64,000 nt of DNA from a virus (taxonomy: Duplodnaviria > Caudoviricetes): IMG/VR virus record IMGVR_UViG_3300028844_006787; one strand, written 5' to 3'. This document shows positions 28,695 to 37,800 of the stretch, in pieces. The notes below the pieces were generated by a model. The model was not told the origin of the DNA. It made no database searches and was given only the letters and a program-made list of their open reading frames with translations. Each line of letters starts with the position of its first letter. Within the stretch, counting starts at the first letter, position 1. Position numbers and translations under genes: made by a program.

Positions 28695-28706
28695 GGATTT
28701 ATTTTT

Positions 28707-29105
28707 TCATTTAGTCAATGACTTTTGTGACAAAAAATTATACTCTCGTTTATATAATCGTATGTGCTTTCCATTAACTGAGGTGTATCTTTCTGAAAGT
28801 GCGTAAGTCTTTTTTCCGTTTAAAAACGAATGAGGTGTTGGTAAATCCCATTCACGTCCTTTTTCATAATCTCTCCATTTCCACGGAATCATTTTACGAA
28901 ACCACGGATCATATTCCGTTTCTGATATACAAGTTATTTTTCTAACAACATCTTGATCAAGTTTTACATCCATTGGATCACATACATATGCCCAATGTTC
29001 GTGATTTATAATTGGATGCGTTTGCATCAACTCAACTGTTCCCCAGTGATCCCCCATAGAAAAATTTTCTAATAAAATTTCTGTTGGTGATGTTTGGGTT
29101 ATCAT
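28707..29105 (-). CDS. DPWxR-family small protein
   Basis: HPIINHEHW...DPWFRKMIPW...RYTSVNGKHIRLY. Confidence 0.8.
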   Translation of the reverse strand: MITQTSPTEILLENFSMGDHWGTVELMQTHPIINHEHWAYVCDPMDVKLDQDVVRKITCISETEYDPWFRKMIPWKWRDYEKGREWDLPTPHSFLNGKKTYALSERYTSVNGKHIRLYKREYNFLSQKSLTK

Positions 29106-29437
29106 TCTAATCTAAATAAACGAACCGATTTTCCTGCTACGGTTGTAAAACGAACCTCAAATGTAATTTCAAGTTTGTCTTCGTATAACCAACTCCAACC
29201 ACCTGTTAATATTTCACCATCTTTATCTTTATATTCCCATGCACGAATTAATCTTGACCACGGATCAATATCATAGTTTTTTGACGCAAATGGTTTTAAC
29301 ATAATTTTATTGTATTTGGATGAATATTCCCAACCTCTATCTGATATAGGATATATTTCAATCAACTTACCCGAATCCCAAAATTCATCGTTATATGATA
29401 TACACAATGGCATACTTTGCAAATAACCGATGGTCAT
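29102..29437 (-). CDS. DPWxR-family small protein
   Basis: YPISDRGW...DPWSRLIRAW...RFTTVAGKSVRLF. Confidence 0.8.
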   Translation of the reverse strand: MTIGYLQSMPLCISYNDEFWDSGKLIEIYPISDRGWEYSSKYNKIMLKPFASKNYDIDPWSRLIRAWEYKDKDGEILTGGWSWLYEDKLEITFEVRFTTVAGKSVRLFRLE

Positions 29438-29440
29438 CGT

Positions 29441-29728
29441 TTAACTACACAAAAAAATTGGTACTTTTTTACCCTCAACCTTCACCCAACGAAACAGAAC
29501 ATCTTTATACGCATCGTAAGTTAACCAGGATGTTCCAGTTTCCCAACCACGATTCCAAGGATCTGCAATTACATCTTTATTGAATGTAACAATCTGCGAT
29601 TTCATACCAGGATAATAATATTCATCTCCGTAACCAATTACATAATTCGGAGAATATTCCGAATTTTTTATAGGATATTTATTTAACAATTTATTTTTAT
29701 TCCATTCTTCCATTTTTAGCAACTCCAT
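29441..29728 (-). CDS. DPWxR-family small protein
   Basis: YPIKNSEY...DPWNRGW...RWVKVEGKKVPIF. Confidence 0.8.
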   Translation of the reverse strand: MELLKMEEWNKNKLLNKYPIKNSEYSPNYVIGYGDEYYYPGMKSQIVTFNKDVIADPWNRGWETGTSWLTYDAYKDVLFRWVKVEGKKVPIFLCS

Positions 29729-29958
29729 AATCTTACTCGTTTATTGTTTATTGTTGTGTATCCATAAATTAAAATACCTGCTTCGTCTGATATAAATGTT
29801 TTTCTACTTTCTGTAAAATCACGAAACCAAGGATCTAGTGTTATTTCATTTAACTTTACATATGAATTGATAAGTGTACCTGTGAATTTCCATTCCGCAT
29901 TATTGCGAATTGGATATAAGTTCATTAACTCAGATATATCCCAATAATCAACTGTCAT
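29716..29958 (-). CDS. DPWxR-family small protein (minimal 80-aa member)
   Basis: YPIRNNAEW...DPWFR...YTTINNKRVRLW. Confidence 0.8.
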   Translation of the reverse strand: MTVDYWDISELMNLYPIRNNAEWKFTGTLINSYVKLNEITLDPWFRDFTESRKTFISDEAGILIYGYTTINNKRVRLWSC

Positions 29959-30397
29959 TTTTTTGCTCCTTTGTTTTCATCATGTCGTAATATTCAGTTA
30001 AAGTCAATCCAAAGATTTGGCGTTCAGCACGATGCCAAGGATCTTTCCAATCTGCTTTTCTACGATATAATTTAACCGCAAATCCATTTACCGAGGTTAT
30101 AGTCATGCAATTATCAGAATCCATATCTTTAAGTGGTGGATGTGGCCATCCTGCTTTTCCCCAAAATCTTGGAGTTTCATTGAATTCACTTACATAAGGT
30201 AGCATCGGACGTTTCCAAGGATCCAGTTTCGGTTCGTGTACAAGTGCAATTAAATGACTACGATAGATTACAGGTTCAACCCATCGTTCCCATTCTTCTG
30301 TATTGGTAATTGGAAACGCATCATCACCTACAATCTTAGGATAAATGTCCCAAAATTGCCATTTCTTAATTTCAATAAAATCGTTGTTTGTTACCAT
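29948..30397 (-). CDS. DPWxR-family small protein with a second DPWHR in a C-terminal extension
   Basis: FPITNTEEW...DPWKRPMLPY...ITSVNGFAVKLY...DPWHR. Confidence 0.8.
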   Translation of the reverse strand: MVTNNDFIEIKKWQFWDIYPKIVGDDAFPITNTEEWERWVEPVIYRSHLIALVHEPKLDPWKRPMLPYVSEFNETPRFWGKAGWPHPPLKDMDSDNCMTITSVNGFAVKLYRRKADWKDPWHRAERQIFGLTLTEYYDMMKTKEQKNDS

Positions 30398-30804
30398 GTT
30401 AATTTAGCAAATATTATACCTTTGTTTTCAATGGTAGTCCAACGAAAATCTATTCCATCGTGTGTATCCAACCATTTGTATGGTCCACATCCGTATTTTC
30501 TTGCAAATGAGGAATCTGCATCAACCGTTACCGCAGGTTTCCATTGTCTTACGGGACGCATCCACGGATCATACTTTAATCCGATTTTTTGCCGTTTTGT
30601 TAATTTACTCTCAGGAGCAAGTGTTCTTATTCTATAAAACGGATTATCAGTATATTCATATAAAGGATTTCGTATCGGATATTCAGTGATAATATAATCC
30701 ATTTCTTCGTTCCATGTATGAAAATGCTCTTGGTTTGTATCGTATATCAACTGACCATAGTTGTTCATACGAAGATTTCCGTTTATTGTAATCGCATTGC
30801 TCAT
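30391..30804 (-). CDS. DPWxR-family small protein
   Basis: YPIRNPLY...DPWMRPVRQW...RWTTIENKGIIF. Confidence 0.8.
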   Translation of the reverse strand: MSNAITINGNLRMNNYGQLIYDTNQEHFHTWNEEMDYIITEYPIRNPLYEYTDNPFYRIRTLAPESKLTKRQKIGLKYDPWMRPVRQWKPAVTVDADSSFARKYGCGPYKWLDTHDGIDFRWTTIENKGIIFAKLTW

Positions 30805-31184
30805 CTCTCAATAATCATATGCAATTTCACAAATTTTCCTTCTACGGTTACATACCGATAAAAATGTTTTCCTTCGTATGGACTTGAAGCAATTCCCCCG
30901 TGTGTATCGTAAGTAATGCAAGTCCATTCGTGTGGTTCATTAAATTCTTCACCGGGTTGTGCGTATGCGTATCTCCATTCTTTGAAACTACGATTCCAAG
31001 GATCACCAATAACATCATCAAATTTAGGAATATCAGTTCGGTTTGAATAGTTTGTTCGCACATACACATAATAATCATTACCATGTGCAATCCATTGTTT
31101 ATTGATTATTGGATATTTAATTGATATTTCATCTGCATTGCCAGGAACCAGCAAATCTATTTGTAATATTTTTTCAATACTCAT
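30801..31184 (-). CDS. DPWxR-family small protein
   Basis: YPIINKQW...DPWNRSFKEW...RYVTVEGKFVKL. Confidence 0.8.
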   Translation of the reverse strand: MSIEKILQIDLLVPGNADEISIKYPIINKQWIAHGNDYYVYVRTNYSNRTDIPKFDDVIGDPWNRSFKEWRYAYAQPGEEFNEPHEWTCITYDTHGGIASSPYEGKHFYRYVTVEGKFVKLHMIIER

Positions 31185-31498
31185 TTAAACAAAGGATGAT
31201 TAGATGATGGATGCATCCACAAAGCAACCGTTTTTCGCATAACCGATGTTAACCGATAATATGATCCTTTGGTTTCGGTATACACCCAATCATTAATTTC
31301 AGTTTGTCCGATGCGATTCCACGAAGTTAGTTTTCGTCCCCACGGATCAGTTTCAATGTGTTCATCCAACTCATAAAAATATTCAAATAAATCTCCATTG
31401 CGTTGCCACCGTTTATTAACAATCGGAAATCTAAATGTCAACTCTTGAAGTGAATACCAATGAACATTAGGATTAATTTCTATTACTTCTTCTGCCAT
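31181..31498 (-). CDS. DPWxR-family small protein
   Basis: FPIVNKRW...DPWGRKLTSW...RLTSVMRKTVALW. Confidence 0.8.
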   Translation of the reverse strand: MAEEVIEINPNVHWYSLQELTFRFPIVNKRWQRNGDLFEYFYELDEHIETDPWGRKLTSWNRIGQTEINDWVYTETKGSYYRLTSVMRKTVALWMHPSSNHPLFK

Positions 31499-31800
31499 AA
31501 CTTAATTGCCGTTTGATTAATTGTTGTATAACGAAAATGTGTGTATTTTTTAATAGGAACTGCACCACGAATCCATCCATAATTATTACCATCACCTTGA
31601 TTAAAATTCCAAGGAATAGTATCACGATTCCAGGGATCGCATATTGGTTCTGCAATCTTGGAAACAATCATCGGATAACGATTGCTTGTATTGTCAACTT
31701 CCCACTCAGTATCATTTTTAATAGGAAACTTTTCAAGCAATTTATCGGTTTGCCAAGAGATTCCACCATCAATTAAAACTTTATCTCTTTTATCTCTCAT
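31483..31800 (-). CDS. DPWxR-family small protein (first gene of array)
   Basis: FPIKNDTEW...DPWNRDTIPW...RYTTINQTAIKLW. Confidence 0.8.
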   Translation of the reverse strand: MRDKRDKVLIDGGISWQTDKLLEKFPIKNDTEWEVDNTSNRYPMIVSKIAEPICDPWNRDTIPWNFNQGDGNNYGWIRGAVPIKKYTHFRYTTINQTAIKLWQKK

Positions 31801-31809
31801 TCTTTAGTA

Positions 31810-31838
31810 ACATTACCAAAAAAATTATAAAAAGTCAA
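31810..31838 (-). promoter_or_regulatory. conserved promoter copy 7 (TTGACT-17-TAATGT), drives DPWxR array
   Basis: TTGACT ttttataatttttttgg TAATGT, 9 nt before ATG 31800. Confidence 0.85.
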
Positions 31839-31858
31839 CCACAAACTTGATTGAAGTG

Positions 31859-31894
31859 AAAAAAAGTTGTTGATGAAATCAACAAGTTTTTTTT
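31859..31894. terminator. possible bidirectional terminator after the PRTase gene
   Basis: TTGTTGAT-gaa-ATCAACAA stem flanked by A- and T-runs. Confidence 0.5.
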
Positions 31895-31904
31895 GCGGAA
31901 ATCC

Positions 31905-32369
31905 TTAAATGATAGGATCAGGTTCCCAGGGAAATACAATCCAATCTTTACCGATAATATCTGTATGATAATAATCCGGTATAAAACTACTGCTTCTTCG
32001 CACAAATAAACTACAAGTTACAATTTCATCAATTGAGTTGTTTTTACTAAAATGGTCTTTAAGAAATTTAAATGTATTACCTGTATCGGAAATATCATCA
32101 ATCACCAATACACGACCACTTAAATAAGGAGAGCAACTTTGATATAAAACTGCTTTTCCACCTGTACTCATGCCATTTAATTGATACGAATGCACTCCAA
32201 CCGTTCTAAGATGCCTTACATTCATATACTCTGCTATTATCGTAGCAGGAACCAATCCACCACGACTTACACCCACAACTGAATCAAAATGCGAACCCTT
32301 TAATCTATGTGCCAATACTTCGCAAAATTTATGTATTTCATCGTAAGAATAATATTGCTTGTTGCTCAT
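31905..32369 (-). CDS. purine phosphoribosyltransferase (xanthine/hypoxanthine PRT-like)
   Basis: VGVSRGGLVPA, PRPP loop VLVIDDISDTGNT, WIVFPWE. Confidence 0.9.
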   Translation of the reverse strand: MSNKQYYSYDEIHKFCEVLAHRLKGSHFDSVVGVSRGGLVPATIIAEYMNVRHLRTVGVHSYQLNGMSTGGKAVLYQSCSPYLSGRVLVIDDISDTGNTFKFLKDHFSKNNSIDEIVTCSLFVRRSSSFIPDYYHTDIIGKDWIVFPWEPDPII

Positions 32370-32547
32370 AATCAAATACTATATCATATTGGTTTCTTTT
32401 GATATTTCATACCAAATATTACCTTCCTCAAGAAAATTAATATAATTCAAAGCATCTTCATATGAATACTCTGTGGTATAAATCTTGTTATCATATTTTA
32501 TGGATATATAAACCATACAAGAATGTTATATTCTAATATAATTTAAG

Positions 32548-32727
32548 TCAACGTTTTTCAAGTTTTTTTTCAAGATTATCTTGATATTTGTATGCACTCC
32601 AACATATAAACGATACAAAAAAATTAAGAATACACAAATAACTTCCGTTGTATGCAGTAACAAATGCAATCACAAGATTCAATACAAAAAAGAAGAAGTT
32701 AAGTTTTTTACGTGTTTCCTTTTGCAT
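32548..32727 (-). CDS. small 2-TM membrane protein
   Basis: two hydrophobic segments with basic termini. Confidence 0.55.
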   Translation of the reverse strand: MQKETRKKLNFFFFVLNLVIAFVTAYNGSYLCILNFFVSFICWSAYKYQDNLEKKLEKR

Positions 32728-32729
32728 AA

Positions 32730-32969
32730 TCAAGGCAATACCATACCACCTGAAAATTTTGTTTTTACTTGTTTAATGGTACTCTTTTTAATAGCATCTT
32801 CTGCTTCTGATTTGCTATTAAAATAACCCACAAAACATCCAGGACCTCTTCCATTTTTTGAACTAAGCATATACACCGAAAAAGGACAAATATCTTTTGG
32901 TGCGTTTCTCCACTCTTCTACACGATATAAACAATCTCCAACTTGCCAATTATAGAAAGTTCGTTTCAT
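32730..32969 (-). CDS. hypothetical protein
   Basis: 79 aa ORF. Confidence 0.65.
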   Translation of the reverse strand: MKRTFYNWQVGDCLYRVEEWRNAPKDICPFSVYMLSSKNGRGPGCFVGYFNSKSEAEDAIKKSTIKQVKTKFSGGMVLP

Positions 32970-32971
32970 GA

Positions 32972-33391
32972 TTACTCCGCATCGTCGTCTTCAAAAAAAT
33001 CGTCTACATCCTCGTTACTAAGAGTATCATCAAGTTCCAATAATCTTGCTTTAATATCTATTCCGAACGATTTGGCCGCAACACGAATTGCTTCAAGACT
33101 TTCAATCTCGGTTTCTATTTTATCACCAAGTTCTGTACACGCACCTGTTTGCATTTTAATTATACCCTCAATGCGATTTACTTGTTCATCGTTAACATTT
33201 TTTTGATTTTTGGTGTCTGTTAATCGTTTAACTAAACGGTCAAGTACCTTTAATCTTTTACGAATTTGTTGCTTACACCAGTATATAGTAGTTATATTTC
33301 CCTGTGCAAGTTTACATAATTGCAGAATTTGATCTCTGTAATTATCATCACCACCCTCGTAACCATTTTTATTAGGTTTATCGTTCTCCAT
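32972..33391 (-). CDS. coiled-coil hypothetical protein
   Basis: likely start MENDKP, downstream of an ATATTTAT motif. Confidence 0.65.
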   Translation of the reverse strand: MENDKPNKNGYEGGDDNYRDQILQLCKLAQGNITTIYWCKQQIRKRLKVLDRLVKRLTDTKNQKNVNDEQVNRIEGIIKMQTGACTELGDKIETEIESLEAIRVAAKSFGIDIKARLLELDDTLSNEDVDDFFEDDDAE

Positions 33392-33429
33392 CAATAATAG
33401 TATTTCACAATAATAAATATGTGGAAACA

Positions 33430-33861
33430 CTAAAAAGAATTAGAATATCTTCTACGATTTGAAATAAAATCTTGGTAAGCATCGGTGCGTGATAATTCAT
33501 CACGAACATCCGCATCGGTATAAACAAGGTGGTCTGAATCCAAGTCTTGCTTTAACAATGACTTTTCATCAAGAGTTTCTACCTTGGATTTTCTTCCACG
33601 TTTTTTAGGAGGACCAACCATTCCTTTTGGACGACCATCTGAATGCTGATAGAAAGAACTCATATAACGAATATTAGCAATTCGTTCTTCGGAACTACTT
33701 GGATTCGGAAACGGAAGAACTAGTTCTTGTTGTTTGTTCTTGCTACCTTTAGGTCTACCACGACCTCTTTTTATTTTAGTAGTTGTAGCAACTACTTTAG
33801 TTTTTTTGTTTTTACTGCCTTTGGGTCTACCAGGACCACGTTTCTTAATAACATTAGTCAT
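33430..33861 (-). CDS. AT-hook-containing DNA-binding protein
   Basis: KRGPGRPKGSKNK, KRGRGRPKGSKNK, GRPKG, KKRGRK. Confidence 0.8.
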   Translation of the reverse strand: MTNVIKKRGPGRPKGSKNKKTKVVATTTKIKRGRGRPKGSKNKQQELVLPFPNPSSSEERIANIRYMSSFYQHSDGRPKGMVGPPKKRGRKSKVETLDEKSLLKQDLDSDHLVYTDADVRDELSRTDAYQDFISNRRRYSNSF

Positions 33862-33894
33862 AATTTATGATTTTGGGTTGTTTTTGTGAATATA

Positions 33895-34080
33895 TTAAAG
33901 TCTTGATTTATTTTTATTGGTGTCCGAGATAATTTCCGTTTTAATTACAATAGGAAGATTATAGGTATATGCAAGAGTTGCAAGTTCTAATGCCTTTTTT
34001 TCGGTACAACCAAGTTCGGTAAATCGGTTTACAATATCATTCATTAGTTTGATGTCGTGTGTAAGATTATCCCAATCCAT
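33895..34080 (-). CDS. small hypothetical protein
   Basis: 61 aa ORF. Confidence 0.55.
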   Translation of the reverse strand: MDWDNLTHDIKLMNDIVNRFTELGCTEKKALELATLAYTYNLPIVIKTEIISDTNKNKSRL

Positions 34081-34118
34081 ATATATTTAAATAGTATATA
34101 GTGTTGTAATTAGTGAAA

Positions 34119-34325
34119 TTAAATTAATGGGGTTTCTACAATAACCAACTCACCTTCATCCACGATGCTATGTGTTCCGATTGTAGGAAACTGAATTTGA
34201 TATGAAATTTGAGTTTCTCCGTTTTCATCCCATCTTGGTGGTGGAACTTCAATCTTGTACATTACGATTCCAACCAAAGGAACTCCGTTTACTCTTTTTA
34301 CTCTATCTCCGTTATTAAAACTCAT
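34119..34325 (-). CDS. small SH3/KOW-like barrel protein
   Basis: FNNGDRVKRV...VGIV...YQIQF...EGEL. Confidence 0.6.
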   Translation of the reverse strand: MSFNNGDRVKRVNGVPLVGIVMYKIEVPPPRWDENGETQISYQIQFPTIGTHSIVDEGELVIVETPLI

Positions 34326-34342
34326 TGTAGTATTTGTAATAA

Positions 34343-34765
34343 TTATGCAGTTGCGGTTAAAGGACTAAACTTGTAAGAACCACCTCTACGACTTAAATAA
34401 TCAACTCCATAAGGACCAACACACGAAAGACCAAAGTCATCGGCAAAAACCGAACCTCTTGAATGCTTCGCAGGAGACTTCCAAGTTGCAGGTTTCATAA
34501 TGTCACCCTTTGTGTAAGAACCCATGCTCTTGGTGTTTCCATCGGTAAGAGCAATAAAACAATAAACACTACGATGATTACCATTACGATCAACGGTAGC
34601 AATTCTAAGAAACTTACGACCAGTATCAGCAACAACATATTGATGATCTTCCGCAGTTTCTGAATAACTTGAAGGAAAATTAGTGCGATAGTGATTGTGC
34701 ATATTTTGATTTACTAATTGTAAAAAGTTCTCAATGCGGTTTTCAATTCTCTCGTCAATATTCAT
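34343..34765 (-). CDS. conserved phage early-type protein (GDI.KPATWK.PAKH.RG family)
   Basis: GRKFLRI, SVYCFI, GDIMKPATWKSPAKHSRGSV; start reassigned downstream of promoter (34765 or 34789). Confidence 0.75.
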   Translation of the reverse strand: MNIDERIENRIENFLQLVNQNMHNHYRTNFPSSYSETAEDHQYVVADTGRKFLRIATVDRNGNHRSVYCFIALTDGNTKSMGSYTKGDIMKPATWKSPAKHSRGSVFADDFGLSCVGPYGVDYLSRRGGSYKFSPLTATA

Positions 34766-34802
34766 AATTTTATTTTGGTTATTTCTCATTCTCAATACAA
34801 TA

Positions 34803-34831
34803 AGATTACCAAAATTATTATAAAAAGTCAA
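34803..34831 (-). promoter_or_regulatory. conserved promoter copy 8 (TTGACT-17-TAATCT)
   Basis: TTGACT ttttataataattttgg TAATCT. Confidence 0.85.
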
Positions 34832-34872
34832 GCACTTTCGATAAAGAATCGCATTTTATTTTAAAATAGTTG

Positions 34873-37800
34873 CTATTCTTTTATTTTTTGCATAGATATT
34901 ATTGCGTTGTCAATCCATGACTTAGGTATAGTATATTTATATGGATCATCTTCATTCTCAACACTACCTCGGGTAATCAACCACACAGTTGCTTTTAGTT
35001 CTTTATTTATTTTTGCATAATCCCCAACTTTGAATTGGTAGTTATCACCCGGTGGTACAGATTTTCGTGTACGTGGTTTTTTAAATTGTATAATACTTCC
35101 AACTTCTGGTGTTCCTGTTGGATCATCTTCATACTCAACGACTGCAACCTTTTCTTCTTCAGATATAGGTTCAATATTATCATCTTCTTCTGCCATTGCC
35201 TGAATTTGTTGTATTTCGTTGGTTTCGTTTACTTGGTCTTGAGTTGAAACGATTTCCCATTTTTTATTTGTACGTTGTCCTTTACCAAAATAACGGTTAA
35301 CATCATCATCACCATCGTACCATACAAATTTATTATTATTTATAATATCAATAATTTTGTAATAAGGAAATTTAGAATATTCTCTTATTATTTTATTAGG
35401 TTTACTGCCATCAACACTCGGTGAAGCAATTTTATCCTTCAATTTGATAATATCTCCAATAACAGGAATTCTATTTGAATTTTCCTTATACTCATCAAGT
35501 TCACCTGTTGTTCTTTGATCATCAGCATCATATATAAAATACTCAAAATCATCAGCAACACTATCATTGTCTGTATCCTTTAGTATTCTTAAAGTTATAC
35601 TTACTTCCTCACTTTCCTGACCAGTTTCACTTGTTGCAATTACTGAAAATTTAATTATTCCTAGTAAATCTTCAGATGGTGTATATTCAAAATTATTTTC
35701 CGATTTTGTAATCGTTGGATCATCTACTACCTCGTCATCTACTTTCAATATAAACGTATCAACATCCAGACTTGTCCAAGAAAATTTTGGTTTTTTATTT
35801 GTGGTAATATTCTTTTCTTCGTTGTGTGATAAATTAGTTGGTGTTTGTGGTATAATTTCTTCCAACGTTCTCGTAACAAATACGAATTTTCCACTAATGA
35901 TATTTCCTCCCGAGTCCACTTTTGCTCCCTGTGTCTCTACATTACCACGCAGTGTATATGGTCCGTATTGCAGATTGATTATATGTGATTTTGTCGGATG
36001 AACCCAAGTTACAATAGCATATGTTGGCATTCGTCCAAAAGTATCCCATCCTCCAGATTCAGGTGTGATTTGTACTTTTAAAGCGTCCGATGGTTTTTCC
36101 GGTGATGGTACAGAAAACTCAGGATTATTATATCCATCATCCCAAACGGAATATTCATATGATTGTGTTACTAATATATATTTTGCCGTTCCTATAAAAC
36201 GTACCAAGTTGCCTACTCTTGGTGCTAATCCAGGATTTGGTATTAAACTTTCAAGGTAGGATACATTATACTTTTTAGTAGGATCTGATTTCCAATAATC
36301 ATAAAAATCCGCAACTTCATCTTTATCAGTATCATGTGGTAAATGATAAGAACCAGAAGAATTAGTAACATTGCTTTCATTTCCGTAACTATCAATAGCA
36401 GTTACTTTAATTCTCCAAAATTTTCCACGTGAAAGAGATTTGGGTGGAGTAAATGAATTTGTTTTAACATTTCTAAGATCTAACAATTCTTCATCTTCTG
36501 ATGGAGGGCTCCATCCTGAACCCGTTTCAATGGTTGGTATATTATATGGTTCAGGCCATTCTTTTCCGTCTGCATCCGTGTATGTTGTGTCTGTAAAATC
36601 AACCGTACTACCATCTGGATCTTTATATGTTCCATCTTCTTGTTTGACCCATAAACTATTATTCGTATGTCCTATATGCAATTCACTTACATCATATTTA
36701 GCATCTGCATATTCAAGATCAATCCTATACTCATATGCATCATCAACTGCACCCCAACTCCATGTTGGTATATCATTGAAAAATTGTTCTACACCAAACG
36801 ATACAGGAAATGTTGGAGTTTCAAATTTTATATTTGTTACAGAATTTGGTGGAGTTAAATCTGTCATACGAATAGTATCATCTGCAGGTTCATCAGATGA
36901 AACACCTTGAAGATTAACCGCAACTACTTCAATTTTATATATGGAATCTAGTTTTACATCATCGAATGCGAATTGAGTTGAATTAACTTCTTCCTTAAGA
37001 ATTTCCACAAATTCACCCTCACCTGTAGGATTACCATTTTGGTCTGTTGTATTTAAATCTACTATATACTCTTTTAATGTAACTTCATAGTGACCATCTT
37101 CTGATGTAAAACCAAATAGATTCCATTTCCACTTTACTTTATCTGCCTCAATTTGGGATACATATTCACCACTATTAGAATATATTTCCACATTGTCTCC
37201 TGGAGTGTATTCATATCCTCCTTGCTCTGTAAGTTCCAAAGAATAAATGTTTGCAGGAGGATCTAAATTTATTGTAAGTTCACGTGACTCGGCAATTGTT
37301 GATTTTCTATTATCTGAATCATTATCCTTATTTTTGAATATAGTTTGAATTGTAAATTTGTATGTTCCATTTTGTAAAGCAATTTGCTTATCAGTAGCAT
37401 CGTTTCCACTTTTGAATAATAATACATCATCTGAATCGGTTACACCCGACACCTCAGACTCCACATTAAGTGTTGATGTGACATCATCCCATCCACCGGA
37501 ATCATTCTTTTTAAGCAAATGCCTTTCATAATAGGTATCTTCTTGAAAATTAATATCATAACCAGGATCGTCTGCGGAAAAAATACCTGGACTTTTATCA
37601 AATGAATACTTCCAAGTTGGATACACATTACTAGAAGAAGTAAAATTATCAATATTATCCACAATAATTTGTGGATGCTTTGGATATCCAGGTTGAATTA
37701 CAATTCTATCAGGATCACTTACCCACCGTGTTGCGTCTACATCATCAGGTAACCTATATAATTTAAAACCTTTACTCTCAGTTGAATAAACTCTGAATAC

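Noticed and set aside
28707-31800. DPWxR as the DPWG motif of type II secretion pseudopilin GspG
   Set aside because: No prepilin N-terminal hydrophobic helix or cleavage motif; the other family motifs do not match pilins.
819-34831. Shared N-terminus M(L)TFYNNFG in ORFs 819..1535, 10835..11053 and 34343..34831, suggesting a common leader peptide
   Set aside because: It is the translation of the repeated promoter (TTG ACT TTT TAT AAT AAT TTT GGT); true starts lie downstream.
776-34831. The 29-bp repeat as a CRISPR repeat
   Set aside because: Copies are dispersed hundreds to thousands of bases apart in front of genes rather than separated by 30-40 nt spacers; no cas genes seen.
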